A program made the translations under genes and the position numbers. From the NCBI GenBank assembly GCA_964016885.1, contig OZ024741.1, positions 89,714,001 to 89,778,000 on the forward strand: 64,000 nt of DNA, read 5' to 3'. Source of the DNA: Eledone cirrhosa. Its lineage: Eukaryota. Under the pieces are notes generated by a model that had not been told where the DNA came from, made no database searches, and saw only the letters and a list, made by a program, of their open reading frames with translations. Below are positions 42,420 through 54,115 of this stretch, piece after piece (the stretch's first letter is position 1; the number at the start of each line of letters is the position of its first letter).

Positions 42420-43179
42420 CATTTACACACACACACATATATATTTAGACAAACATGATCCCTTACGTTCGCCTCTTTCGATTGAAAACGAATTAAAAAC
42501 AAAACAAACAAAATGCGTTTTATTTCCCCTTTTATCTTCCCCGACAAATATCTGGAGCAAAATATAGATAAGAACATATGAAAGTGCTTATCTCAGACTC
42601 CTCTCTCATCGCACCCTTTGTAAACACACCCATACTGGTAACTCAACATACAGAAACAAGCACTGATTTATGAATATGTGTGTGTGTATGCACAAGTACA
42701 TTTTCATATGCACATACATATATACATACATATATATACATATATGTATACATATATTTATATATATGTACATATATTTATATATGTACATATATATATA
42801 CATATATTTATATATACATATATTTATATATGTATATATACATATATATATACATATATTTATATATATATATATATTTATATATATACATATATTTATA
42901 TATGTACATATATGTATATATATATATGTATATATGTATATATATACATACATATGTATATATATAAATATATGTATATATATGTATATATGTATATATA
43001 TATATATGTATACACACACCCACACATACACACACACACATATATATATATATATGCACATGTATATATACTTATGAATATATATATATATAGTGAGAGA
43101 GAGTGGCTGAGAGAGATAGTATGAGAAGGATAGTTATATATTTAGACAAATGTAGAAATCACCCCCCCCCCACACACAC

Positions 43180-43214
<35 letters not shown>

Positions 43215-43479
43215 CAGATATAGACATACATCCCCTTTTTTCTGTGTATTTGGCGTTCTTTTCCCTCTTTCTTCAAGTACAAGTATCAAACATTTCGTCT
43301 ACTGGCGTCAACGATCTAATCTGGACCTAGTAAGGTGAGATGAGGAACTAGTTTCACCTGAATCTAAAGATAATTGTTTCATACCTGCAGGTTCTCACCT
43401 TTGCCCCTTTCTGATTCTTTTGCTTTCCTCCTCATACTCTTTCTGTCAGCCACTTCGACCGTCTTATAATTCTTTATCC

Positions 43480-43967
43480 CACTTCCACCACCACTCCACC
43501 TTCCACTGTTACCCCCACCCCCATCCTCCACTGCTGCCCCATCCTCCACTGCCACCCCACCTCATCCTCCATCTCTGTCCTCCACTTCCCCACCGTCACC
43601 ACTTCCACCCCACCTCTACCTTCACTCCACCCTCCACTTCCCCACCGTCACCGCTTCCACCCCACCTCCACCTCTACACCACCCCCACCTCCACCTTTAC
43701 CTCCACCTGTACTCCACCTCCACCTCTACCCCAACCTCCACCTTATCCTCCACCTCTACTCCACCTCCACTGCCCCACCGTCACCACTTCCACCTCACTT
43801 CCACCTCACCTCTACCTCCACTCCACCCTCCACTTCCCCATCGTCATCACCTCCACCCCACCTCCACGTCTACCTCCACCTCCACTTCCGCCTCATCCTC
43901 CACCTCCACCTCTACCTCTACTCCACCCTCCACTACCCCACCGTCACCACTTCCACCCCCGTCTCCA
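43480..43967. repeat. C-rich low-complexity (CCACCT)n-like tract
   Basis: Degenerate ccacct/ccactt/ccaccc repeats. Confidence 0.9.
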
Positions 43968-43999
43968 TTAATTTTTATTCTTTAACACTAGATCAACAC

Positions 44000-44050
<51 letters not shown>

Positions 44051-45019
44051 TATATTATTTATTCGTTATTCGTTATCATTAACATTGATAGACATTTTAT
44101 ACAGCTTAGGGCCTGGGCAGGTGAAAATCCGGCCGAAAGAAAGCGAAAGAGTTAGAAAAGGCAGAGGAAGAGGGGGAAGGGAAGAAGATGAGAAAGGAGA
44201 GGAAGGCGAGGAAGTGGAGGAAGGGTAGGAAAGAGGGAAAAAGGTGAGCAAAGATATAAAACGGCCGAAATGGCTGCAAGAGGTAAAAAGAGGAGAAAAG
44301 AGACCAAAAAGGACAAGAAAGTTGCATAAAGAGAAGTAAAGATGAAGTGAAGTTAGTAAGTGTTGTTGGAGGTGGAATAACACGACAAAATAAATAGTTT
44401 CGTTTAAAGACCAAGATAGGGACTTATAGATATAATACACACATAGATAACAGTTGGCTCATGTATAACTCCTCATTCCAAAGGATTCAGAACAACTTGT
44501 CGCTATGGATAATGAACACAACCACAAGGATATGGTCCGAACGTGGAAGAGCCGAACTCCCACTGTCATCGCCTCCATCTCTCTCTCCCTCTCCATCTCT
44601 CTGTATGGTGAGCAAATGGGGTCTCACGTGCTGGCCTCCCCACAGCCCCGGCGGGCAGAATGAAGAAGGCCTTTCCCCAGAGGATGGTATGGGAGATGCC
44701 TTGGAAGAGCCATTCCAACTCGCGAGGCTCACACCTGCGACTGGCCAGCTCAGCGAGCAGCTAGGTAGTAGTCAAAGCTCAGTGACAAGAGAAGGTGAGA
44801 GTCTGTAAGTCCAGGAAAGAGAGGGAGAGAGAGGAGGGAGTAAGAATCAGTAGGCCCTAAGGGGTCTGTAGAAAGCAGATGTTTTATATCGTTACTCTAT
44901 TAGGAACTGCTCCGAATTGCCCCGTTAAATGTCACCCAGGGGTCAATGTGTGGACAGATTTCGCTACAAAAATATATCAAAAGGGCAAAAGTGGTCGAAA
45001 GAAAGTGAAAGAGGCAAAG

Positions 45020-45422
45020 ATTGGATGGTCTTTGCAAGGCCACTGGATTGTGTTACACGGCCATACTCAATTTCGTTTGTACGTTATTGTAAGTAGGTCT
45101 ACATGGAGGTCAATGTAATATCTGATTGTTTTGCAGACATGCTCGATTATGATAGAATCAATATATGATATGCCTAAAATGTTGCTGTAGCATCATATTT
45201 CTAGTACATATATTTTCCTCTGTACCTCTGCAGTGAGGGTCTCTGTCTCGCATGTTTATAGGGAGATAGGAAACACCAGTGAATGCAGGAGTCCGATCTT
45301 GTACTTCATGGTGATGTTCTAATCTTTTTTATATTGGCTTGAACTTGATTAGTGCAGCATTGTTTGTGAGGTTCTTGTAAGGATTTCTAGTTTTGATTCT
45401 TTATCATTAATGATGCCCCTAC
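45020..45422 (-). pseudogene. Old RTE-clade LINE fragment (post-RT region)
   Basis: Manual translation: GIINDKESKLEILTR..KIGLLHSLVFPISL*TCETETLTAE..CYSNILGISY..GRVTQSSGLAKTI. Confidence 0.75.
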
Positions 45423-45575
45423 CCCACACATACATTTAAACTGTTGCATTGTATCTAGTTTTTGACCTTGTACATAGATGACTGTAATGATGATGCCGAT
45501 TCTAAAGGGTTGGCTTTTCCCGGCACTGATTTCAATTCCAAACATATACGCACGCGCATAGAAATATAATTACAT

Positions 45576-45632
<57 letters not shown>

Positions 45633-46220
45633 TCTCTCTCTCTGTCTCTCTCTCTCTCTATCTCTCTCTCTATATATATATATACACATGCAATAGGTGT
45701 ATGTGAAGTCTTATGTAAGAGATTGTGATCTAGAGAGTGAGAGCGAGAGAGAGAGAAATTGTAGTAGAAGGAGTATGAGAGCATTTATGTATGACTTTAT
45801 CTTAATGACACACGTTTTTGCTCTATGTTGGTGCTTACATTATGAAAATTATATTCAAGTGTGTATGAGAATTTCTATTGTGAACTGTAACATGTGTATA
45901 AGTGTGTATAAGTTAGGTTTTGTAAGTAATGCTGCGAATATTCAACTAAGCGTATGTTTGTGCGCGCGTATGTATTTCATTTTATTTCAGACGTTTTGCT
46001 TAAAATTATTCAAGTTCTTCCTGTATTTCTCATGCGCCGTCGCTCACACATGTTTGCTTATATATATATTATATATAATGTATATTATATATATATATAT
46101 ATATATATAAAGATTTACATATACACAAACTAAACAAAGTCACAGATATATATGTTTTTGCAACCATTCACGATGTGGCTCAATGATGAATTAATAAATT
46201 AAATAATCAGAGCAATATAC

Positions 46221-46777
46221 TATAAAGTTTATCCAAAGAAATATTTGATAATATATATACACCATTTCCTCTCCCAATTAGCATAATCAACCACATAAAA
46301 AATCAATTAGACTAGGCTATAAGATTAAAAGGCACCTATGAAGAAATATTAGATAAATAAATTGAATTTGTTTCTGGCGGGGATCACTTTAGAAAATTAC
46401 TTGTCCTATGAGTTTGTTTCCTAACGAGTTCGAAGCTCGAGATTTTATCCTTAATAGGATATCTCAAAATGCGAACGAAACCCGAGGGTAGAGATATATT
46501 CCTGGTAAGTGTGTACGCATTTCTTCTAACTTTAATTTTATACCTAATTGTGTATGGTTGACGGTATATTTAGTCGATTTCCACGTGCTGTTGGGTAAAT
46601 ATTCTATGGCGGTCGGCTGCGAAGAGATTGCTGTCGTTTATTTATCTAATATTTCTTCATAGGTGCCTTTTAATCTTATAGCTTGGTCTATTTGATTTTT
46701 TATGTAGTTGATTATGCTAATTGGGAGAGGAAATGGTGTATATATATTATCAAATGATTCTTTGGACATACTTTATA
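46221..46777. repeat. Inverted repeat (about 140-bp arms) with a 275-bp spacer
   Basis: 46221-46360 versus 46637-46777, several mismatches. Confidence 0.9.
46415..46496 (+). ncRNA. Hammerhead motif with G5>A core change and extended stem II
   Basis: tgtttc-CTAACGA-gttcg..tatcct-taat-aggata..cgaac-GAAA-ccc-ga-ggg-TA-gagata. Confidence 0.6.
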
Positions 46778-46899
46778 TATATATATATAGTAATAATAAT
46801 AAATTTTAAGACTAAAATCCAAAGAGGCCTTGATAAGGATAAATATATATCAAATATATAAGAACCGTAGAGCAAATATTTATTAAAATAACAGATTAA

Positions 46900-46950
46900 A
46901 GTTTAAGCAAAGAATCACTGCTTTCACCCTTAACGGGATCTTCTGAAACT
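46900..46950 (-). ncRNA. Hammerhead motif, CAGAAGA core variant (family E, left arm)
   Basis: agttt-CAGAAGA-t-ccc-gttaa-ggg-t-GAAA-gca..tgc-TT-aaact. The element's 3' end also occurs at 2606-2712. Confidence 0.65.
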
Positions 46951-47391
46951 AACAAAGTCAATCTGTAAACGTTGCAACCGGAGGAAGACAGGAAGACGAT
47001 ACTTTGGTTCGTGGAAACGTTCCCTGGCAAAGAACGGGGAAAAACGAATATAATACGTCATAAAAAAAAACAATTACACGCAAAGACAGGACCACGCAAA
47101 GACAGGACCACGTTTATGGTATAAAAGAAGTCGTAGACTAATGTTCTCTTCGGTGGTTCGTAGAGACGTTCTCTGGCAATGAACGGAAAAAACGAAATAA
47201 TACGTCATATGTGGAGCGTGGAGAACAATTGCACGCAAAGACAAAACCACGTAAATGGTATAACTGAAGTCGTAGACTAAAATTCTAACTAGGAAACTGA
47301 ATGATTCTCCGCTTCAGAGTTAAGAATAAAGTAAATAAAATACAATACAGAGGTAATTGAAATGAAATAAATACATACACGCGTCTTTGTT

Positions 47392-47442
47392 AGTTTCAGA
47401 AGATCCCGTTAAGGGTGAAAGCAGCGATTCTTTGCTTAAACT
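47392..47442 (+). ncRNA. Hammerhead motif, CAGAAGA core variant (family E, right arm)
   Basis: Same motif on the opposite strand. The spacer holds two tandem units of about 140 bp (about 47005-47280). Confidence 0.65.
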
Positions 47443-47533
47443 TTAATCTGTTATTTTAATAAATATATATATATATACGTGGTAAAGTAAAAAATCGGAG
47501 AATAGACCGTTAAAACATGTTTATTTAAAACAG

Positions 47534-47573
47534 CACCTACGTACGTTTCGCCCAGTTGGGCTTCTCAAGGGCA
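47534..47573 (-). ncRNA. Hammerhead-like motif with CTTGAGAA core variant
   Basis: tgcc-CTTGAGAA-gccca-ac-tgggc-GAAA-cgtacg-TA-ggtg. Palindromic stem III. Confidence 0.5.
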
Positions 47574-47735
47574 TAAATAATCACAAGTGCTCCTTATATA
47601 GCCCACTAAATATTAACACTTCGAATATTTAATACTGCCGGCACTAGTATCGAGCACCTTTGGCATACGCTACTTGGCAAATAACTATATGTATCACCTA
47701 TCCCCCCTTTTTTTCTCTTTCTCGATACGTAAATA

Positions 47736-47769
<34 letters not shown>

Positions 47770-47776
<7 letters not shown>

Positions 47777-48636
47777 AAGTTTGTCCTCATCAGTGGCCAT
47801 CCAACCGTCGTAGGCATTTCGTCGCATTAAAGGCCATATACTTCAGGTTGGTGCGAGCAACGGCTAAAAAAAAAAAGTCGTTGGGACACGTAAATAAAGG
47901 AGACGCTAGGGTAAACAAACAAAATGGTTTAAGCAGCAGAAAGTGATGAAGAAGGAAACAAGTCCCAGATTTCTATGAATATAAATTCGGTGGAATCGTG
48001 AACGAGAGAATAAAGACCATCAAACCTGGTTGAAATGTGAGCAAGGAAGAAATTTCGCACAGGTCTAACGGGAGGAAGAAGGGGTCTGGTCTGCGAATTC
48101 GGTAAACATAAGTTCTGTGAAGTCGCAGACGAGAGAGAGAGAAAAAAATTCATACCGGCTTGGCCAAGTGCCCGCGAGAAAAGGATTACGGACAGGTCAG
48201 ACGGGAAGAAAGAGGAGGAGGAGAGGTAGTGACAGAGAGTGAGTGAGTGAAAGGTGAGGAAGAGGCTAACAGAGAAAGAGACTGCTAGAAAGGCTAAAGA
48301 CACAAAGAACGAAACAGACTGGTGGCAGCGGAGGAAAAAATATATGTGTAAATATGATAATAATGGAGCTGCGGCGCTGCAAATGGGTTACATATGAAAA
48401 AGTTTGTCCTCATCAGTGGCCATCCAACCGTCGTAGGCATTTCGTCGCATTAAAGGCCATATACCTCAGGTTGGTGCGAGCAACGGCTAAAAAAAAGTCG
48501 TTGGGACACGTAAATAAAGGAGACGCTAGGGTAAACAAACAAAATGGTTTAAGCAGCAGAAAGTGATGAAGAAGGAAACAAGTCCCAGATTTCTATGAAT
48601 ATATATTCGGTGGAATCGTGAACGAGAGAATAAAGA

Positions 48637-48641
<5 letters not shown>
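47770..48641. mobile_element. Element with about 250-bp direct terminal repeats between (TA)n tracts (partial-tandem pseudo-LTR-like)
   Basis: 47770-48021 recurs at 48392-48641; purine-rich interior. Confidence 0.7.
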
Positions 48642-48720
<79 letters not shown>

Positions 48721-48728
<8 letters not shown>

Positions 48729-49710
48729 CGTAAAATAAGAAAATTATAAAAATTAACTTACTTACTAAAATTTCACTCTAACTAATTAGTTTCTGAAAGG
48801 GAATAAATATAGTTTCCGAAGAAACGTACGGAGAAGCCTTTCGTCATCAGGGAAGTCTATTCTCAGCTAAGTTTCCAGGCAATACGTGGACACTGGGAAC
48901 TTATACAAAAATAATTCAGTGGATGGAAAAAAGCAAAGCGTGGACTAAGTTCCAAGCCATTGAAAAAATCACTGCCTACTGCGTCGGTGGCAAATTCAAA
49001 AGAATCAATCACGTGACATCGAGGTCAATCAGTGAAGAGTGGTTTGTTAAGAGTGGTTTGTTAATGCATCCCCATGCATTGAACCACAAAGTTACTAAGA
49101 CAAAACCTATATATTTGCTGGCATAGGTATGCATCTGTATATATATGTTAGTAAATATACTAATTCTTTATAATTATCTCCAAATTATTTTGTCGAGCCA
49201 AAATTGGCCAAAACTGGTACTATAATTCATAGTAACAGTTAGGCTGCTGTCTTCTTAACAAACCACTCTTCACTGATTGACCTCGATGTCACGTGATTGA
49301 TTCTTTTGAATTTGCCACCGACGCAGTAGGCAGTGATTTTTTTCAATGGCTTGGAACTTAGTCCACGCTTTGCTTTTTTCCATCCACTGAATTATTTTTG
49401 TATAAGTTCCCAGTGTCCACGTATTGCCTGGAAACTTAGCTGAGAATAGACTTCCCTGGTGACGAAAGGCTTCTCCGTACGTTTCTTCGGAAACTATGTT
49501 TATTCCCTTTCAGAAACTAATTAGTTGGAGTGAAATTTTAGTAAGTAAGTTAATTTTTATAATTTTCTTATTTTACGTCTCTCATATTATTGTTCTGCAT
49601 CCCCATGCATTGAACCACAAAGTTACTAAGACAAAACCTATATATTTGCTGGCATAGGTATGCATCTGTATATATATGTTAGTAGATATATGTTAGTAGA
49701 TATACTAATT
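48721..49710. mobile_element. Family F element: about 330-bp inverted arms plus direct repeat, with a hammerhead-like motif in each arm
   Basis: 48721-49050 is inverted at 49255-49587; 49066-49170 recurs at 49596-49710. CTGATGA-cgaa..ttcg-GAAA on - (about 48823-48850) and a CTGGTGA version on + (about 49456-49493). Stems I and III are ambiguous. Confidence 0.7.
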
Positions 49711-50304
49711 CTTTATATATATATATATACTGTATCGAACTAAAGGACACCAGACTACGATCTCTAACTGGATTGTCGCGGATTATGTGAAAGGCATATA
49801 ATCGAAATATACACTCCCTTGACCATGAAAATGCCGAAGTACATGAATTACTTGACATCCCTGCGCTGTGCATCTCCAATACTTATAACACTTTTAATGC
49901 TTGCACTATCTTTAATGCTTATAATATTTCTCCACACACAGACTACATCAATCATATAAAGACTTTGCCACCAGATCTACCAACCTAACACTCTTATTTA
50001 CCTACCTAAGTGCCTCTACCACACATATCTCTCTGCCACACTATATAAACAAGACGCACATGCGTGCCACACATATAACATTTGCACTATATAACCACTT
50101 ATCTTCATGTTGTACTTTAACCTATATCTTTGATTTTTGATTGTACCTATTAATATAAATGTAATCTCGAAGTGTGTACTGCCACTCTAAATTCTGTAAT
50201 GAATGTTGACCCACAATGTTTGAATATGTATCAATGTTTGAATATGTATTGGTATGTCTCTCGGCTGAAAAGGAGGTCATATAACTGTCCATGCATTAAT
50301 AAAT

Positions 50305-50351
50305 TGCTCCGAAGAATCCAAACCTCGGTTTGGAGGAAACAGCTGTAAGCA
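50305..50351 (+). ncRNA. Hammerhead motif, CCGAAGA core variant
   Basis: tgct-CCGAAGA-a-tccaaacc-tc-ggtttgga-g-GAAA-cagctg-TA-agca, about 40 nt before a (TA)n tract. Confidence 0.7.
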
Positions 50352-50387
50352 CAATAATGTTTTGAACAGTTCTTTGATTCTTATATT

Positions 50388-50427
<40 letters not shown>

Positions 50428-50559
50428 TGAATTGGTTGCAATAAGTAATATATAATATATATAATATATATACATTATATATATTTTATATATATTATAT
50501 GTATCTATATTATATATATATCTATATTATATATATGCATTAAATATATTTATATATAA

Positions 50560-50775
50560 GGGCGATGTATTGGCAGACTCGGTAGACCGTCGGACACCAT
50601 GCTTTGACGCCTAGAGTTATGGTCCTTTACGCTCTGAGTTCAAATCCCGCCGGGTTTGGCTTTGCCTTTCATCCTTACTTGGTCGAAAAAATAAGGCACC
50701 AGTAATGCACTAGGGTCGATTTAATAGACTTTTCTCTCCCCCCAAATTGCTGGCCCTGTGTCTATAGTAGAAATC
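50560..50775 (+). mobile_element. tRNA-derived SINE (main family)
   Basis: A box TGGCAGACTCGG, B box GAGTTCAAATCC, shared core and tail. Confidence 0.8.
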
Positions 50776-50819
50776 ATTATATATATTTATATATATATAT
50801 ATATATACATATATGTATA

Positions 50820-51016
50820 TGTAACGAAGGAGGTGTGGTAAAGGACCAAATGGACCATAACGCACCAGAGTACTCAATACTTAGGGTAGTAGAGTGGGTA
50901 ATAGGGAAATGTTTAACCCCGACGGCAGAGCTCAAGTCGTTTCGATGGCTATTTCTGGACTCAGAAATAGCCGTCGAAACGGCTTGAGCTCTGCCGTCAG
51001 GGTTAAGCATTTTCCT
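50820..51016 (-). mobile_element. Family C fold-back element, second copy
   Basis: Reverse complement of 8011-8145 with its own hairpin centred at about 50960. Confidence 0.75.
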
Positions 51017-52159
51017 ATATATATTTGTATAAATATATTTACTCACACACACACACACATACACACATATACATTAGTTACAAGCAACCTTGTATTAAAT
51101 AAAATATTAAACTTATCCTAGAGAGACAGATAGAACAGTCAGTGCCTTACGTTTAATCGGGTACAATTGTCAAGTTCTTCTAAACAACTCATTAATTGCA
51201 TTCTCTCCCTTCTCCTCTTCACCCTCTCCCACCATCATCACCACATGTCATGTTACCTCAGTTAAGCCTTTTACTTTACCAAGTACACACCTCTTATAGC
51301 AGAGAGGGCAATATTCCAAGCTAGCTAAATTAATTATTACTTATTGCAACCAATTCAATTGGATTTAACTCTTAACCCTTTAGCATTTGAACCAGCCATA
51401 TCCGGCCAGAATTTTCTCACCTCTTTCTGTTCAAACCGGCTGTAACTGACAGCTCATACTGACGTTAAGGTATTGTTCTCAAAATAAATATCATCAAAAT
51501 CTCGTAGATGCGATATTATGTGAGATAATTATGTAAGATAAAGCCTTTGCCACGAAAATACAATAGTAAATATAGAGTAATGTAAAGGTTTAACGTCCTC
51601 TACCTCTTGAAACCACATCAACTAAACATTCTTCAAAAGTACAAAACAGTTGTTTTTGTTAGATCTCCGTCATTTCCGACGGCTTGATGCAATCATCAGA
51701 ATTGCCTGCAAGTGTAATTAACATATAAGTGGCTGAGCTTTCTACAGACACGTGCACTCTTAACATACTTCTCAAAGAGATTTAAAGCTTGCTCATTAAA
51801 TTACAGGAACAACTCATTTTTGTCAGCTCATTGGACTAGAGCAACGCGAAATATATGGTCTTGCTTAAGGACCCAATGAGCTGCCCGGTTCGAGAATTGA
51901 ACTCACGGCCTTACGACCGTGAGCTGAGCACCCCTAACCAGTAAGTCACGTGCCTTCACTGCTAAACAGTACTATGACTAATACACAGTACTAAAATATT
52001 TATTTAGTACTGCAACTTTTCACGATGATCTGTTCACTACAAACATTTGAATTAACAAACCTGTTTTCAGACATTTCCTTTTAAGTTATTATAGGATATT
52101 AAGAGTTAAAAACTATATGTATTTTAGATGTTATATCCTATCGTTTTAGATGTTATATC

Positions 52160-52230
<71 letters not shown>

Positions 52231-52249
52231 GCTATCTATCTATCTATCT

Positions 52250-54115
52250 TCATCTGTTCGGGCAGGGCGGCGCGCCGGGAGGGGCTATGGATTTCGGTCC
52301 ATACCTCGACGGCCTACCGCGACTCTCGGACAGCGAGGCGAAGTTCTGCGAAAAGCGGATTTCAGCCGTTGAGATAGGGGACGCGCTGAGCCAATGCGGC
52401 AAACGAAAGTCTCCAGGTCTCGACGGTCTACCTTACGTAGCAATGCCGGACTTGTTCTCCGGTCTCCTGGAAACGGTCTACTACAACAGGCAGCAGAACG
52501 GGAGAATTCCCAGTTCTGTGACCAGGCGCGTAGTCACACTAGTCAGGAAGGACGAGAATAAGGGGGATGACATAGGCAACTTCCGGCCCATAACTCTGCT
52601 AAACACAGTTACAGATTTTGGCCAAGGTGTAGGCAAAGAGGCTGGCGCTTGTCATCGAAATCCTGGTGGGAGAATCGCAGACATGCGCAATCCCGACCAG
52701 GTCCATACATGACAACCTCCATTTCATGCGATACATCATAGAGAGGGTAGGGTGTAAACCCAGCTTCGGTGGGGCCCTGATCAACTTGGATCAGTCTAAG
52801 GCTTTCGATAGGGTTGACCATCGTTACCTGGATGCGGTGCTCGAGGCGGCAGGCTTCGGACCCGTGTTCAGGGGCTGGATTTCTGCAATGCACAACAGCA
52901 ACATCTGCTCAAGGGTCAAGGTGAACGGCTACCTCTCAGAGCCGTTCCATATCACACGATCCATTCGACAGGGATGCCCTCTCTCCTCTCTTCTGTATGT
53001 ACTGACTCTCGAGCCACTACTGCGGAAGTTGGAGCTATTGCAGGGCATCCCTCTGGAACCGGGACTGCGGAAAGAGGCGTCGGCCTACGCCGACGACGTG
53101 ACAGTAATGGTGTCGAGCACCTCGCAAATCGAGGAAGTCGGCACTTTACTGAAGGAATACGAAAGGTTCACAGGAGCCAAGCTGAACCGAGACAAGTCCA
53201 TCGGTTTGCAACTCGGATCGTGGAGAGGCAAACCAATGCCTTCCGATGGCGTCGTCGGACGCTGGACGGAAGGACCGGTGAAGCTGCTCGGGGTCTGGTT
53301 TGGTCCGGACCTCCAGGTGGAGAAGAACTGGGACGAGGTGACGGCCAAAGTGTTTGCACTCACCCAGAGGTGGGTCGAGTGCAAACTATCCTTGAAAGGT
53401 CGAGCGGAGGTGGCGAACACTTTTATAGCGTCCGTCATCTACTACCGCTTGACTGTCGTGCCTTGTCCAGCTAAAAAGCTCACCAAAATGGAGCGCGTGC
53501 TCTTCCAATTCCTTTGGAAGAAGCGGGCTCCTTTGGTGAGAAGATCCATCTGCTGCCAACACCCTTCCAACGGAGGGCTGGGGATGCCGTGGCTGACGAT
53601 GCGCAAACACGCGCTCAGGCTGCGGCATCTCTACGTATTCCTCACCGGACAACCGGTGTGGGCCCCGTTCGTGAGGCGAGCCTTCCCACGACTCGTCTCG
53701 CTGACCGAGCTACAGTCCTGGGTCAAGCAAAGACCGAGGAAAATGGGCGACTGGCACATCGAATGTGCTCAGGCGCTCACAGCTCTCTGGCAGGCGGACT
53801 CGGCGATCAGTGGAGACTCCACTTCGTCATTCTATAGAGGGTTAATCCGTAGCAAGTGCGACGACGCGCTCGGAGAAACTCTAGGCGTAGAGGAAGATGA
53901 ACTGGCCAGTCTGTTCGGTAGGACCTTCCGTCCGGGACCGATGGACAACTTCCAAAAGTCCCCGGTCTGGCAGTGCTACCGAGGAGCTCTACCAGTTCGA
54001 GACAAGCTCTACAGACATGGGCGCCCGGGCAGGGACCCTTCGAAAAAGATCTGTCCGAGATGCGTGCGAGACGAAGAAACCGTCGCGCACGCATTCATAC
54101 ACTGCCCGGGCGTTA
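52250..54115 (+). mobile_element. Tx1/L1-clade LINE ORF2 fragment (RT plus C-terminal zinc knuckle)
   Basis: KSPGLDGLP, NFRPITLLN, LDQSKAFDRVDH, IRQGCPLS, YADD, KLLGVWF, GGLG, CPRC..ETVAHAFIHC. GC-rich, frameshift at about 52610, starts right after (TATC)n. Confidence 0.95.

Noticed and set aside
43420-43971. Pro/His-rich extensin-like protein
   Set aside because: Low-complexity C-rich tract with no splice or domain evidence.
47780-47855. Tandem hammerheads on - in the direct-repeat element
   Set aside because: CTGATGA has no downstream GAAA, and the upstream GAAA has a non-matching core (CTGAAGT).
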